Assembly (NCBI GenBank): GCA_024401635.1
Contig: JAKSKP010000001.1
Location: forward strand, 21,364 to 85,363
Origin: Bacteroidales bacterium
Lineage (GTDB): Bacteria > Bacteroidota > Bacteroidia > Bacteroidales > UBA932
DNA length: 64,000 nucleotides
Direction of reading: 5' to 3'
Under the pieces are notes generated by a model. The model had not been told where the DNA came from. It ran no database searches and saw only the letters and a program-made list of their open reading frames with translations. The position numbers were made by a program, and so were the translations under genes. Of the stretch, positions 1 through 8,690 are shown in pieces; positions within the stretch are counted from its first letter, which is position 1; the number at the start of each line of letters is the position of its first letter.

Positions 1-407
1 AGGTGGGCACTACCTACCACGGAAAGGTTGTCAGCATTCTCGAATTCGGTGCGTTCATCGAGATTCTTCCCGGCAAGGAAGGCCTCCTGCACATCAGCGA
101 GATTGCCTGGAGCAAGACAGACAAGGTCGAGGACGTGCTTTCAGTAGGTGACGAGGTTGATGTCAAACTCCTCGAAATCGATGCAAAGACAGGCAAGATG
201 CGTCTGTCAATGCGTGCACTCACTCCCAAGCCTGAAGGCTATGTGGAGCCCGAGCGCCGTCCCGCAGGCCCCCGTGGACCGCGTCGTGATGACGACCGTC
301 GCGGACCCCGCCGTGAAGGTGACAGAGGACCCCGTCGCGATGGCGACCGCCACAACGACCGCCGTCCCCGTGAGGACCGCGGACCTCGCAACGAGAATCA
401 GGACTGA
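1..407 (+). CDS. pnp: Polyribonucleotide nucleotidyltransferase, C-terminal part (S1 domain + R/G/D-rich tail); 5' truncated by window edge
   Basis: S1 motif GKVVSILEFGAFIEILPGKEGLLHISEI...GKMRLSMRAL typical of the PNPase C-terminus. Confidence 0.9.
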   Translation, partial: VGTTYHGKVVSILEFGAFIEILPGKEGLLHISEIAWSKTDKVEDVLSVGDEVDVKLLEIDAKTGKMRLSMRALTPKPEGYVEPERRPAGPRGPRRDDDRRGPRREGDRGPRRDGDRHNDRRPREDRGPRNENQD

Positions 408-440
408 GAACCATTCAAAAACAGGTTGTAAGACCTGAAT

Positions 441-514
441 AAAACGGCAAGGCCACCACTTTCGGGGACATAACACATAATCCAAGTCCCCGAAAGTGGT
501 GGCCCTGCCGTTTT
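441..514. terminator. Long inverted repeat, probable bidirectional terminator between convergent pnp and gdhA
   Basis: Arms AAAACGGCAAGGCCACCACTTTCGGGGAC (441-469) and GTCCCCGAAAGTGGTGGCCCTGCCGTTTT (486-514), 28/29 complementary, 16-nt loop, A4/T4 ends. Confidence 0.8.
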
Positions 515-532
515 GCTGTACTTTAGAAAGCT

Positions 533-1876
533 CTATACCAGTCCCTGCTCCAGCATGGCCTGAGCCACTTTCATGAAGCCGGCGATATTGGCGCCCTTGA
601 CGTAGTCCACGGTGCCGTCCTCGCGTGTGCCGAATTTGACGCACTGTTCGTGTATGCTTTCCATAATATAGTGGAGCTTCTCGTCCACTTCTTTGGCGCT
701 CCAGCTGATGTGAGTGGCATTCTGGGTCATCTCAAGTCCTGAAGTGGCCACACCGCCTGCGTTCACCGCCTTGCCGGGAGCGAAGAGCATACCGCTGTTC
801 TGGAAGAAATGTATGGCCTCGCTCTGGCATCCCATATTCGATACCTCGCAGCAGCACCAGCATCCGTTCTCCTTCAGCTGTTTCGCATCTTCCAGCGCAA
901 GTTCGTTCTGGAATGCGCAGGGCAGGGCTATGTCGCAGGGTACGCTCCAGGCCTTCTTGCCGGGGGTGAAACTGCACTGAGCGGGGAACTTGTCGGCCAT
1001 ATCCTGCACCTTGTTGCGGTTGGATGCACGCATCACCAGCATATAGTCAATCATTTCCTTTGTAATGCCTTCAGGGATGGCGCAGACTCCGTCGGGACCT
1101 GATATTGCAACAACTTTGGCACCGAGCTCAGTAGCTTTCGTGCAGGCGCCCCAGGCTACGTTGCCGAAACCTGAGATGCAGACTTTTTTGCCCTTGATAT
1201 CCTTGCCGGCCTTAGCCAGAAGGTGCTGGGTGAAATAAAGCGCTCCGAAACCGGTGGCTTCCGGACGCAGGATGGAACCGCCCCAGGTGGCTCCCTTGCC
1301 GGTCAGGACGCCTGTGTTGTACTGGCGGGCCAGTTTCTTGTACATACCGTAGAGGTAGCCGATCTCGCGTCCGCCGCAGCCCACGTCACCGGCCGGTATG
1401 TCCTGGTCGGGACCTATGCACTGCCAGAGTTCCAGCATGAATGCCTGGCAGAAACGCATTATCTCGGCATCGGACTTTCCTACGGGGTCGAAATCGGAAC
1501 CTCCCTTTGCACCGCCCATCGGCAGGGTTGTGAGGGCGTTCTTGAATGTCTGTTCGAAACCGAGGAACTTGAGCATCGAGGGCGTCACGGCTTTGTGGAA
1601 GCGGATACCTCCCTTGTAGGGGCCTATGGCGCTGTTGAACTGTATGCGGTAGCCGGTATTGTGCTGGACTTCTCCCTTGTCGTCCACCCAGGTCACGCGG
1701 AAAGTGAAGATGCGGTCAGGCTCGACCATGCGCTCCACTATCTTGTTTTTCTCGAATTCGGGATGCTGGTTGTAAGTTTCCTCTATTGATTCCAGCACTT
1801 CGCGTACCGCCTGATGATATTCGGCTTCTCCGGGATACTTGGCCTGGAGACAGTTCATTATTTCTTCTGTTTTCAT
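533..1876 (-). CDS. gdhA: Glutamate dehydrogenase (NADP-type)
   Basis: GPYKGGIRF, LPMGGAKGGSDFDP, PAGDVG, RPEATGFG, GKAVNAGGVATSGLEM motifs. Confidence 0.95.
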   Translation of the reverse strand: MKTEEIMNCLQAKYPGEAEYHQAVREVLESIEETYNQHPEFEKNKIVERMVEPDRIFTFRVTWVDDKGEVQHNTGYRIQFNSAIGPYKGGIRFHKAVTPSMLKFLGFEQTFKNALTTLPMGGAKGGSDFDPVGKSDAEIMRFCQAFMLELWQCIGPDQDIPAGDVGCGGREIGYLYGMYKKLARQYNTGVLTGKGATWGGSILRPEATGFGALYFTQHLLAKAGKDIKGKKVCISGFGNVAWGACTKATELGAKVVAISGPDGVCAIPEGITKEMIDYMLVMRASNRNKVQDMADKFPAQCSFTPGKKAWSVPCDIALPCAFQNELALEDAKQLKENGCWCCCEVSNMGCQSEAIHFFQNSGMLFAPGKAVNAGGVATSGLEMTQNATHISWSAKEVDEKLHYIMESIHEQCVKFGTREDGTVDYVKGANIAGFMKVAQAMLEQGLV

Positions 1877-1926
1877 AATGCTTGTTTTTTGTGATACAAA
1901 AATAAAAATATTATTGAAAATATGTC

Positions 1927-1934
1927 TAACTTTG
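1927..1934 (+). promoter_or_regulatory. Bacteroidota -7 promoter element for nagB
   Basis: TAACTTTG matches TAnnTTTG, 24 nt before the ATG at 1959. Confidence 0.6.
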
Positions 1935-1958
1935 TTAGAAGTAAAAATCGATAAATTT

Positions 1959-2753
1959 ATGAAAGTTATTATCAGAGATGACGCGAAGTCGGCTTCCGTA
2001 TGGGCAGCCCACTATATCGCCGACAAGATCAATGCAAAGGCAAAAACTACTGACAAACCCTTTGTCATAGGCCTGTGCACAGGTTCGACCCCCATTGAGA
2101 CCTACAAGGAACTCATCGCCCTGGTCAAGGCGGGAAAGGTCAGCTTCAAGAACGTGATATCCTTCAATATGGACGAGTATGTCGGCCTGCCCGAATCTCA
2201 TTCCGAGAGCTACCATTCATTCATGCACAAATATCTGTTCGACCAGATAGACGAACCTGCCGGGAATATCCACATTCTGAACGGCAATGCTGCGGACCTC
2301 GAGAAGGAATGCGCTGATTATGAGAAGGCCATAGTCGAGGCCGGCGGAATCGACCTCTTCCTGGGCGGTATAGGTGAGGACGGACACATTGCGTTCAACG
2401 AGCCCTTCAGCTCCCTGAACTCACGCACAAGGGTGGTCACCCTCACCGAGGATACGCGCATTGTGAACAGCCGTTTCTTCGACAACGACGTGAACAAGGT
2501 GCCCAGGCAGGCCCTGTCAGTGGGCGTTGCCACGGTGACGGATTCCAAGGAAGTTGTGATTCTGGCTTATGGCCCCAAGAAGGCCCGTGCCCTGCGCGAT
2601 GCCATAGAGGGCCCTTGCAGCCACGTGTGTACGGTATCGGCACTTCAGCTGCATCCCGCCGGCACCATCGTATGTGATGAGGCTGCCATCGGCGAGTGCA
2701 AACTGAATTCCTACAAGTATTTCAAGGCCGTGGAAGAGGCGGAACTCCCTTAG
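1959..2753 (+). CDS. nagB: Glucosamine-6-phosphate deaminase
   Basis: GLCTGSTP, FNMDEYVGL, GGIGEDGHIAFNEP motifs; start moved to the ATG of MKVIIR. Confidence 0.95.
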   Translation: MKVIIRDDAKSASVWAAHYIADKINAKAKTTDKPFVIGLCTGSTPIETYKELIALVKAGKVSFKNVISFNMDEYVGLPESHSESYHSFMHKYLFDQIDEPAGNIHILNGNAADLEKECADYEKAIVEAGGIDLFLGGIGEDGHIAFNEPFSSLNSRTRVVTLTEDTRIVNSRFFDNDVNKVPRQALSVGVATVTDSKEVVILAYGPKKARALRDAIEGPCSHVCTVSALQLHPAGTIVCDEAAIGECKLNSYKYFKAVEEAELP

Positions 2754-3775
2754 CGTACTTCCCAGGTGGAGCCGCTCTGAAGAAGATCGTCCATGCATTT
2801 GATGCGGGCGGTCTTTTTTATGTCCGCTATCTGGTCGCGGACACCGTCGTCGTAGGTCGGATCCTGAACGTCGCGTATTACTCCGAGGGCTACGGGGAAT
2901 TCCGGGCCCTTCATATTTGCCAGCATCATATGCAGGCCGCGGTCATCGCGGTGGGCATCGTGGGTGAGCACGTCATCGATGGTGAATCCTCCTTCGCCGC
3001 CTATAGTAACCACGCGCAGACCCATTCCGTGAAGCACCAGACCCTTGTCACGGTTCTTTCCGAAAATCATTTTCTCTCCGTGGCGAAGCACTATGGTCTT
3101 GTCCTCGCGTACTGCAGGATCGGCTATGTCCTTATGGGCTCCGTCGTTGAAAATAACGCAGTTTGTGAGCATCTCCATCACGGAACATCCGTCGTGCGCG
3201 GCTGCGGCTGTCATAATCTCCTCATTCAGTTGAAGCATCACGTCGATACCGCGCGCGAAGAATGTGCCTTTGGCTCCGAGCACCAGCGAACCGGGCTCGA
3301 AAGGCTTCTCGACCGTGCCGTAGGGCGAAGTCTTGGTGATGGCGCCGAACTTGGACGTAGGGCTGTACTGACCTTTCGTAAGGCCGTATATGCGGTTGTT
3401 GAACAGGATGATATTGATGTCTATGTTGCGCCTGATGGCGTGTATGAAATGGTTTCCGCCTATTGCGAGGGCATCTCCGTCACCGCAGGCCTGCCATACG
3501 GTCAGCCAGGGGTTGGCCACCTTTATGCCCGTGGATATGGCTGTGGCGCGGCCGTGTATTCCGTGGAATCCGTAGGTATCCATATAATAGGGAAGACGTG
3601 ACGAGCATCCGATACCGGAAACCACCACATAACGTTCCTTCTCATAATCCAGCAGTCCGGCCACGTCCGGGAGGGCGCGCTGAAGGGCTGCAAGTACGGC
3701 GTGGTCGCCGCAACCGGGGCACCAGCGTACCTGCTGGTCGGACTTGAAATCGCTTTGGGTATAATGTTTTTCCAT
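2750..3775 (-). CDS. korB: 2-oxoacid:ferredoxin oxidoreductase beta subunit
   Basis: WCPGCGD, SGIGCSSR, GDGD TPP motif, YGLTKGQYSPT. Confidence 0.9.
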   Translation of the reverse strand: MEKHYTQSDFKSDQQVRWCPGCGDHAVLAALQRALPDVAGLLDYEKERYVVVSGIGCSSRLPYYMDTYGFHGIHGRATAISTGIKVANPWLTVWQACGDGDALAIGGNHFIHAIRRNIDINIILFNNRIYGLTKGQYSPTSKFGAITKTSPYGTVEKPFEPGSLVLGAKGTFFARGIDVMLQLNEEIMTAAAAHDGCSVMEMLTNCVIFNDGAHKDIADPAVREDKTIVLRHGEKMIFGKNRDKGLVLHGMGLRVVTIGGEGGFTIDDVLTHDAHRDDRGLHMMLANMKGPEFPVALGVIRDVQDPTYDDGVRDQIADIKKTARIKCMDDLLQSGSTWEVR

Positions 3776-3777
3776 AG

Positions 3778-5634
3778 TTACAGATTCTTTTTGACGGCGT
3801 TGACAATTTCACTCACAAGGAAAGGCTGGCCCTCGACCTTGTTGCACTGCAGATATTGGAACTGCGGCAGTTTGGCGCGCAGAAGGTTTACGAACTGGCC
3901 GCTGTTCAGTTCGCACACGAGTATCTTCCTGAATGCTCCCAGAACTTTGGCGGTGTTGGAAGGCAGGGGATTGATCCAGTCGAAATGCGCAAGGGAAACG
4001 CCCTTCACGCCTTCTTCTTTCAGTGTGTCAAAGGCACTGAGCAGGTGGCCGAAGGTGCCGCCCCAGCCAACTATGAGCAGCTCTCCGGAATCCTCGCCGT
4101 TCACTTTCAGCTCGGGAATGAAATTGCTGATGAGGTCCACTTTCTTCCGGCGCTCGTCCACCATTGTCTGATGGTTTACCGGATCGGATGAGATGGAACC
4201 GTAATGGTTCTTTTCCAGTCCTCCCACCCTGTGTTCGTAGTTTTTGGTTCCGGCCGGAGCCCAGGTGCGCACCAGTGTTTCTGGGTCACGGTCGAAGGGA
4301 TGGAACTTGCCGCCCTCGGTCTCGGGAACTTCGGTTTTGGGGAAAGGAGGGGTTATTGTGGGATAATCCTTCATCTGGGGAATCTTCCAGGGTTCGCATC
4401 CGTTGCCGAGGAAGCCTTCGGAAAGCATTATCACGGGTGTCATATGCTCTACGGCCACCTTTGCTGCGGCGAATGCTGCGTCGAAGCAGTTGGAAGGGCT
4501 GTGGGGAGCCACTATGGGAACCGGACATTCCCCGTTGCGGCCGTACATGGCCTGGAAGAGGTCGGTCTGTTCTGTCTTTGTGGGGATACCCGTGCTCGGG
4601 CCGGCCCTCTGTACGTCAACTACGACCAGAGGGAGTTCCGTCATGACGGCCAGTCCGAGGGCTTCTGACTTGAGTGACAGGCCGGGGCCTGATGTGGTTG
4701 TCACCGCAAGGTCACCCGCGTATGCGGCGCCTATGGCAGTGCATATTCCGGCAATCTCGTCCTCTGCCTGCATAGTCTTGACTCCCAGATATTTATGTAT
4801 CGCCAGTTCTTCCAGAATGGCCGTGGCCGGAGTTATGGGGTATGAACCGCAGAACAACTCCAGGCCTGCCTTCTCGGCGGCCGCCATAAGACCCCACGCC
4901 GTAGCCTGGTTGCCGGAAATGTTGCGGTAAAGGCCTTTCTCCGGTTTGGCCGGGGCGATGTGGTAGGTGCTGGGGATGGCGTGTATGTTGGAAGCATAGT
5001 TGTAGCCGTCGTCGAGCACCTTCTTGTTGGGGGCTATGACTTCGGGATGCTTCTTGCTGAATTTCTTCTCCAGATATCCGTATATGTAGTCCACGGGACG
5101 GTCGTATATGAAGCAGGCCATTCCCAGGGTGAACATATTCTTGCACTTGAGTATGGACTTGTTGTCCAGCCCGCTGTCCTTGAGGCTCTCTTTGGTGAGC
5201 GTCGTGATGGGGGAGACTATGAGGACGCGGTCCTCGATGTGAAGGACCTCGAAAGGATTCTCGTCTGTCTTGAAGCCTGCCAGCTCCATATTCCTGTCGT
5301 CGAAGGCATCCTCGTCCACTATCACCATACCTCCGGCCTTCACCCACTTGGCGTTGGCTTTGAGGGCCGCCGGGTTCATTGCCACCAGCAGGTCACACAT
5401 ATCGCCGGGGGTGTTGACGTCCTGTGAGCCGATATGCACCTGGAAGCCTGACACGCCGCTCACCGTGCCTTTCGGCGCGCGGATTTCGGCGGGGTAGTCT
5501 GGGAAGGTGGAAAGGGAGTTGCCATAGAAGGCGGACATGTCGGCGAACAGGGTTCCGGTAAGCTGCATTCCGTCTCCGGAATCGCCGGCAAATCGTATCA
5601 CGACGTCCTTGACGTCAGTCACTTTGAATTCCAT
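3778..5634 (-). CDS. korA: 2-oxoacid:ferredoxin oxidoreductase alpha subunit (gamma-alpha fusion)
   Basis: FAGDSGDGMQLTG, YPITPAT, QAEDEIAG, TSGPG, QRAGPSTG. Confidence 0.9.
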   Translation of the reverse strand: MEFKVTDVKDVVIRFAGDSGDGMQLTGTLFADMSAFYGNSLSTFPDYPAEIRAPKGTVSGVSGFQVHIGSQDVNTPGDMCDLLVAMNPAALKANAKWVKAGGMVIVDEDAFDDRNMELAGFKTDENPFEVLHIEDRVLIVSPITTLTKESLKDSGLDNKSILKCKNMFTLGMACFIYDRPVDYIYGYLEKKFSKKHPEVIAPNKKVLDDGYNYASNIHAIPSTYHIAPAKPEKGLYRNISGNQATAWGLMAAAEKAGLELFCGSYPITPATAILEELAIHKYLGVKTMQAEDEIAGICTAIGAAYAGDLAVTTTSGPGLSLKSEALGLAVMTELPLVVVDVQRAGPSTGIPTKTEQTDLFQAMYGRNGECPVPIVAPHSPSNCFDAAFAAAKVAVEHMTPVIMLSEGFLGNGCEPWKIPQMKDYPTITPPFPKTEVPETEGGKFHPFDRDPETLVRTWAPAGTKNYEHRVGGLEKNHYGSISSDPVNHQTMVDERRKKVDLISNFIPELKVNGEDSGELLIVGWGGTFGHLLSAFDTLKEEGVKGVSLAHFDWINPLPSNTAKVLGAFRKILVCELNSGQFVNLLRAKLPQFQYLQCNKVEGQPFLVSEIVNAVKKNL

Positions 5635-5700
5635 GAAAATCTTCTGTTACAAATTTGTGAACCGCTTCAAAGCAGGCTCGGTTTTTTATTAAAAGATGAA

Positions 5701-5728
5701 CAAATATACGGAAATTTGATTAAATTTG
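5701..5728. promoter_or_regulatory. Back-to-back -7 promoter elements for korA (minus) and alkaline phosphatase (plus)
   Basis: CAAATATA 5701-5708 (TATATTTG on minus) and TAAATTTG 5721-5728. Confidence 0.55.
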
Positions 5729-5747
5729 AAGATTAAAACTGATATTT

Positions 5748-7130
5748 ATGAAAAGAATCATTCTACTGTTTGCGGTATTCCTTACTGCATTCTCGATTGC
5801 CTCTGCAAAGGCTCCGAAGTACGTCTTTTATTTTATAGGTGACGGTATGAGCATCAATTCCGTCTATGGGGCAGAATTGCTCAACGCTGCCAAGAGAGGC
5901 GAGGAATTTCCCCAACCCTTGACAATCAGCAGTTTGCCTTACAGGACTTTTGTTACGACATATTCCGCCAACGACCTTACGACCGATTCGGCCGCCGCGG
6001 GCACGGCGCTCGCCACCGGCGTTAAGGTGAAAAACTCCAGCGTAGGCCGCGACCCCGAAGGCAAGGATGTGGAGAATCTCGTCGAGGCAGCCCGCAAAGC
6101 CGGGTATGGAACGGCCCTGGTGACAACTTCCGGCATTTCCCACGCGACTCCCGCAGCCTTCTTCGGACACGCCGATGACAGGGATGACTACGAGGAACTC
6201 AACCAGCAGATTGTTGACGGCGCCGCCGATTTCTTCGCCGGAGCCGGCTTCAATGTCAATCCGAGGTCCAAGACGCCCGTGACCTCCTCTCCTGAATGGG
6301 TTGTCAAGGCCCGTGAGGCAGGATGGAACGTATTGGTGGGCAAGGATGCCTTCAAGGGAGCTCTCGACAGCCCCAAGACCATCTGCGTGGCCTATGAGGA
6401 CAGATGGGATCTGCCCTATGCCATCCAGAAGCCGGAAGTCCGTCTGGAAGACCTCTACAAGGCTGCCGTTGCCAATATGACCAAATATCACAAGAAGGGC
6501 TTCTTCATGATGGTCGAAGGCGGCAACATAGACCACGGCGGACACGAGAATGATGCCTGTGCGATTCTTGAAGAGGTCAACGACTTCGACAATGTCGTTG
6601 CCCTCGCCGTTGCTTTCTACAAGGCTCATCCCGACGAGACCCTCATAGTAGTGACGGCTGACCACGAGACCTCTGGACTTACCCTGGGCAGCGATTTCCG
6701 CAAGATTCACGCTGAGGTGCTCTTGAATCAGAAGATGGCCCAGGCAGACCTTTCAGCTGCCCTTAAGAAGCTGTCCAAGAGCGAAAAACCCACTTGGGAG
6801 GATGCTAAGGCCATAATCTCCGATGCTCTCGGACTCTGGACGGCAGTCAAGGTGGATTACAAGGAGGAGTATGCCCTTCGCGATCTGTTCGAGACTACCA
6901 TCGGCAAGGGGAAGTCCAGCTCTGAAAGGACCCTTTATGCAGCCACCGACCGTCTGGCCAGCGCGGCTGTAGCCCTCCTCGACAGGAAGGCAGGCATAGT
7001 GATGTCAAGACACTCCCATACTGCGGCTCAGGTGCCCCTTTTCGCCATAGGCGTCGGAGCTGACAAGATAGCATCCTGCAGGGACAATACGGATATTCCG
7101 AAAGCCATCAGGAAGTTGGCCCGCTATTAG
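5748..7130 (+). CDS. Alkaline phosphatase (PhoA family), exported
   Basis: Signal peptide; FIGDGM, TDSAAAGTALATG (catalytic Ser), HATPA, VEGGNIDHGGH, TADHET. Confidence 0.9.
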   Translation: MKRIILLFAVFLTAFSIASAKAPKYVFYFIGDGMSINSVYGAELLNAAKRGEEFPQPLTISSLPYRTFVTTYSANDLTTDSAAAGTALATGVKVKNSSVGRDPEGKDVENLVEAARKAGYGTALVTTSGISHATPAAFFGHADDRDDYEELNQQIVDGAADFFAGAGFNVNPRSKTPVTSSPEWVVKAREAGWNVLVGKDAFKGALDSPKTICVAYEDRWDLPYAIQKPEVRLEDLYKAAVANMTKYHKKGFFMMVEGGNIDHGGHENDACAILEEVNDFDNVVALAVAFYKAHPDETLIVVTADHETSGLTLGSDFRKIHAEVLLNQKMAQADLSAALKKLSKSEKPTWEDAKAIISDALGLWTAVKVDYKEEYALRDLFETTIGKGKSSSERTLYAATDRLASAAVALLDRKAGIVMSRHSHTAAQVPLFAIGVGADKIASCRDNTDIPKAIRKLARY

Positions 7131-7175
7131 GGAAAAGTTGGCTTCCCGATGCTTTCTTTAATGCAAAAAAATGAT

Positions 7176-7206
7176 TAAATTTGCGTCGCTTTTGCGGCGC
7201 AAATTT
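7176..7206 (+). promoter_or_regulatory. Inverted repeat containing a -7 element upstream of the DASS gene (terminator and/or operator)
   Basis: AAATTTGCGTCGC-TTTT-GCGGCGCAAATTT (7177-7206) overlapping TAAATTTG 7176-7183. Confidence 0.5.
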
Positions 7207-7229
7207 TAGTATTAAACATAAACTTTATC

Positions 7230-8684
7230 ATGGAGAAAAAAATTAACGTAAAATACTGCATCCTGCTGCCGATAGTGCTGCTGGTTACAGTATTCCTCTG
7301 GTGTGCGCCGAAGGAGATCTTCGGCAGCCTCGGTGACGTGCTCACCGTGACACAGCAGCGTACCATCGCGATTTTCGCATTCGCTGCCCTGATGTGGATT
7401 TTTGAGATCGTTCCCAACTGGGTGACCTCCCTTATGGTTATCGTGGGCTCCCTGCTCACGATTTCCAGCAAGAGCATAGGCTTCCTGAAGGTTACAGGTG
7501 ACGACAGCCTGTTCGTGCCCTATACTGAGCTGATGCGCTCATTCGCGGATCCTGTCGTGATGCTCTTCCTCGGCGGTTTCGTACTCGCCATCGTGGCTTC
7601 GAAATACGGTATGGACGTGACTATGGCCCGCCTTCTCCTGAAGCCTTTCGGCAAGAAACCCAAATTCGTGCTTCTGGGTGTGCTCATCGTGATTTCCATA
7701 TTCTCGATGTTTATGAGCAACACCGCCACGGCCGCCATGTTCCTCGCATTCCTCGCCCCCGTGTTCGCGTCGCTTCCCGATACCGATGCCAAGGGTAAGG
7801 TGGGCATAGCTCTCGCCATTCCCATCGCAGCCAACGTCGGCGGTATCGGAACGCCTATCGGAACTCCTCCGAACGCAACGGCCGTCGGCAACCTCGATTC
7901 CCTTGCCGGAATTACCATCGGCTTCAGCGACTGGGCATTCCGTATGATACCTTTCGTAATCGTGATGATTCTCATCGCCTGGGTACTTCTCACTTTCTTC
8001 TATCCTTTCAACTCAAAGGAAATCGTGCTCGAAATCAAGAAGGACGACCATAAGAAGACTTACAAGGACTATGTGGCCTGGATTACTTTCGGCGCTACGA
8101 TACTTCTGTGGATGACCGAGCAGCTTCACGGCATCAGTTCCAACATCGTTGCCCTCATCCCCCTGGTTGTCTATACTGCGACCGGTGTGTTCGGCAAGGA
8201 AGATATCAAGGAGATCAACTGGGAGGTTCTCTGGTTGGTGGCCGGTGGTTTCGCCCTCGGTTATGCCCTTGACAAGACAGGTCTGGCCAAGGCCCTCATC
8301 ACTTCAATCGATTTCAATGCAATGAGCATCATCGTCGTGTTCGTGGTTGCCGGTCTGATATGCTACCTGCTTTCCAACTTCATCAGCAACAGCGCCACTG
8401 CAGCCCTTCTCATCCCCATTATGATTGCGATAGGCAAAGGTCTGCTCGAGAGCGGCAATGCCGAGGCTTTCCAGGCTTTCGGCGGCCAGCAGGGCCTTTC
8501 CGTATTCGTTGCGGTCTGCGCTTCAGTTGCAATGTGCCTGCCCATTTCCACACCTCCGAATGCAATCGCCGCATCAACCGGTCTTGTGGAGACCAAGGAT
8601 ATGACCAAAGTAGGCCTCATTGTGGGTATCATCGGTCTTGTGCTCGGATTCTTCTGGGTGACCAAATTCTTCCCTTTTGCTTAA
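7230..8684 (+). CDS. SLC13/DASS family anion:sodium symporter
   Basis: Many TM segments; SMFMSNTAT, GTPIGTPPN, SNFISNSAT, PISTPPNAI motifs. Confidence 0.9.
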   Translation: MEKKINVKYCILLPIVLLVTVFLWCAPKEIFGSLGDVLTVTQQRTIAIFAFAALMWIFEIVPNWVTSLMVIVGSLLTISSKSIGFLKVTGDDSLFVPYTELMRSFADPVVMLFLGGFVLAIVASKYGMDVTMARLLLKPFGKKPKFVLLGVLIVISIFSMFMSNTATAAMFLAFLAPVFASLPDTDAKGKVGIALAIPIAANVGGIGTPIGTPPNATAVGNLDSLAGITIGFSDWAFRMIPFVIVMILIAWVLLTFFYPFNSKEIVLEIKKDDHKKTYKDYVAWITFGATILLWMTEQLHGISSNIVALIPLVVYTATGVFGKEDIKEINWEVLWLVAGGFALGYALDKTGLAKALITSIDFNAMSIIVVFVVAGLICYLLSNFISNSATAALLIPIMIAIGKGLLESGNAEAFQAFGGQQGLSVFVAVCASVAMCLPISTPPNAIAASTGLVETKDMTKVGLIVGIIGLVLGFFWVTKFFPFA

Positions 8685-8690
8685 GTTGAA

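Noticed and set aside
255-395. CRISPR-like or mobile tandem repeat
   Set aside because: In-frame degenerate repeats encoding the PNPase tail, with no spacer structure
2750-2753. Convergent stop overlap nagB/korB (and abutting stops at 14360/14361)
   Set aside because: Common in compact genomes; no further evidence of antisense regulation
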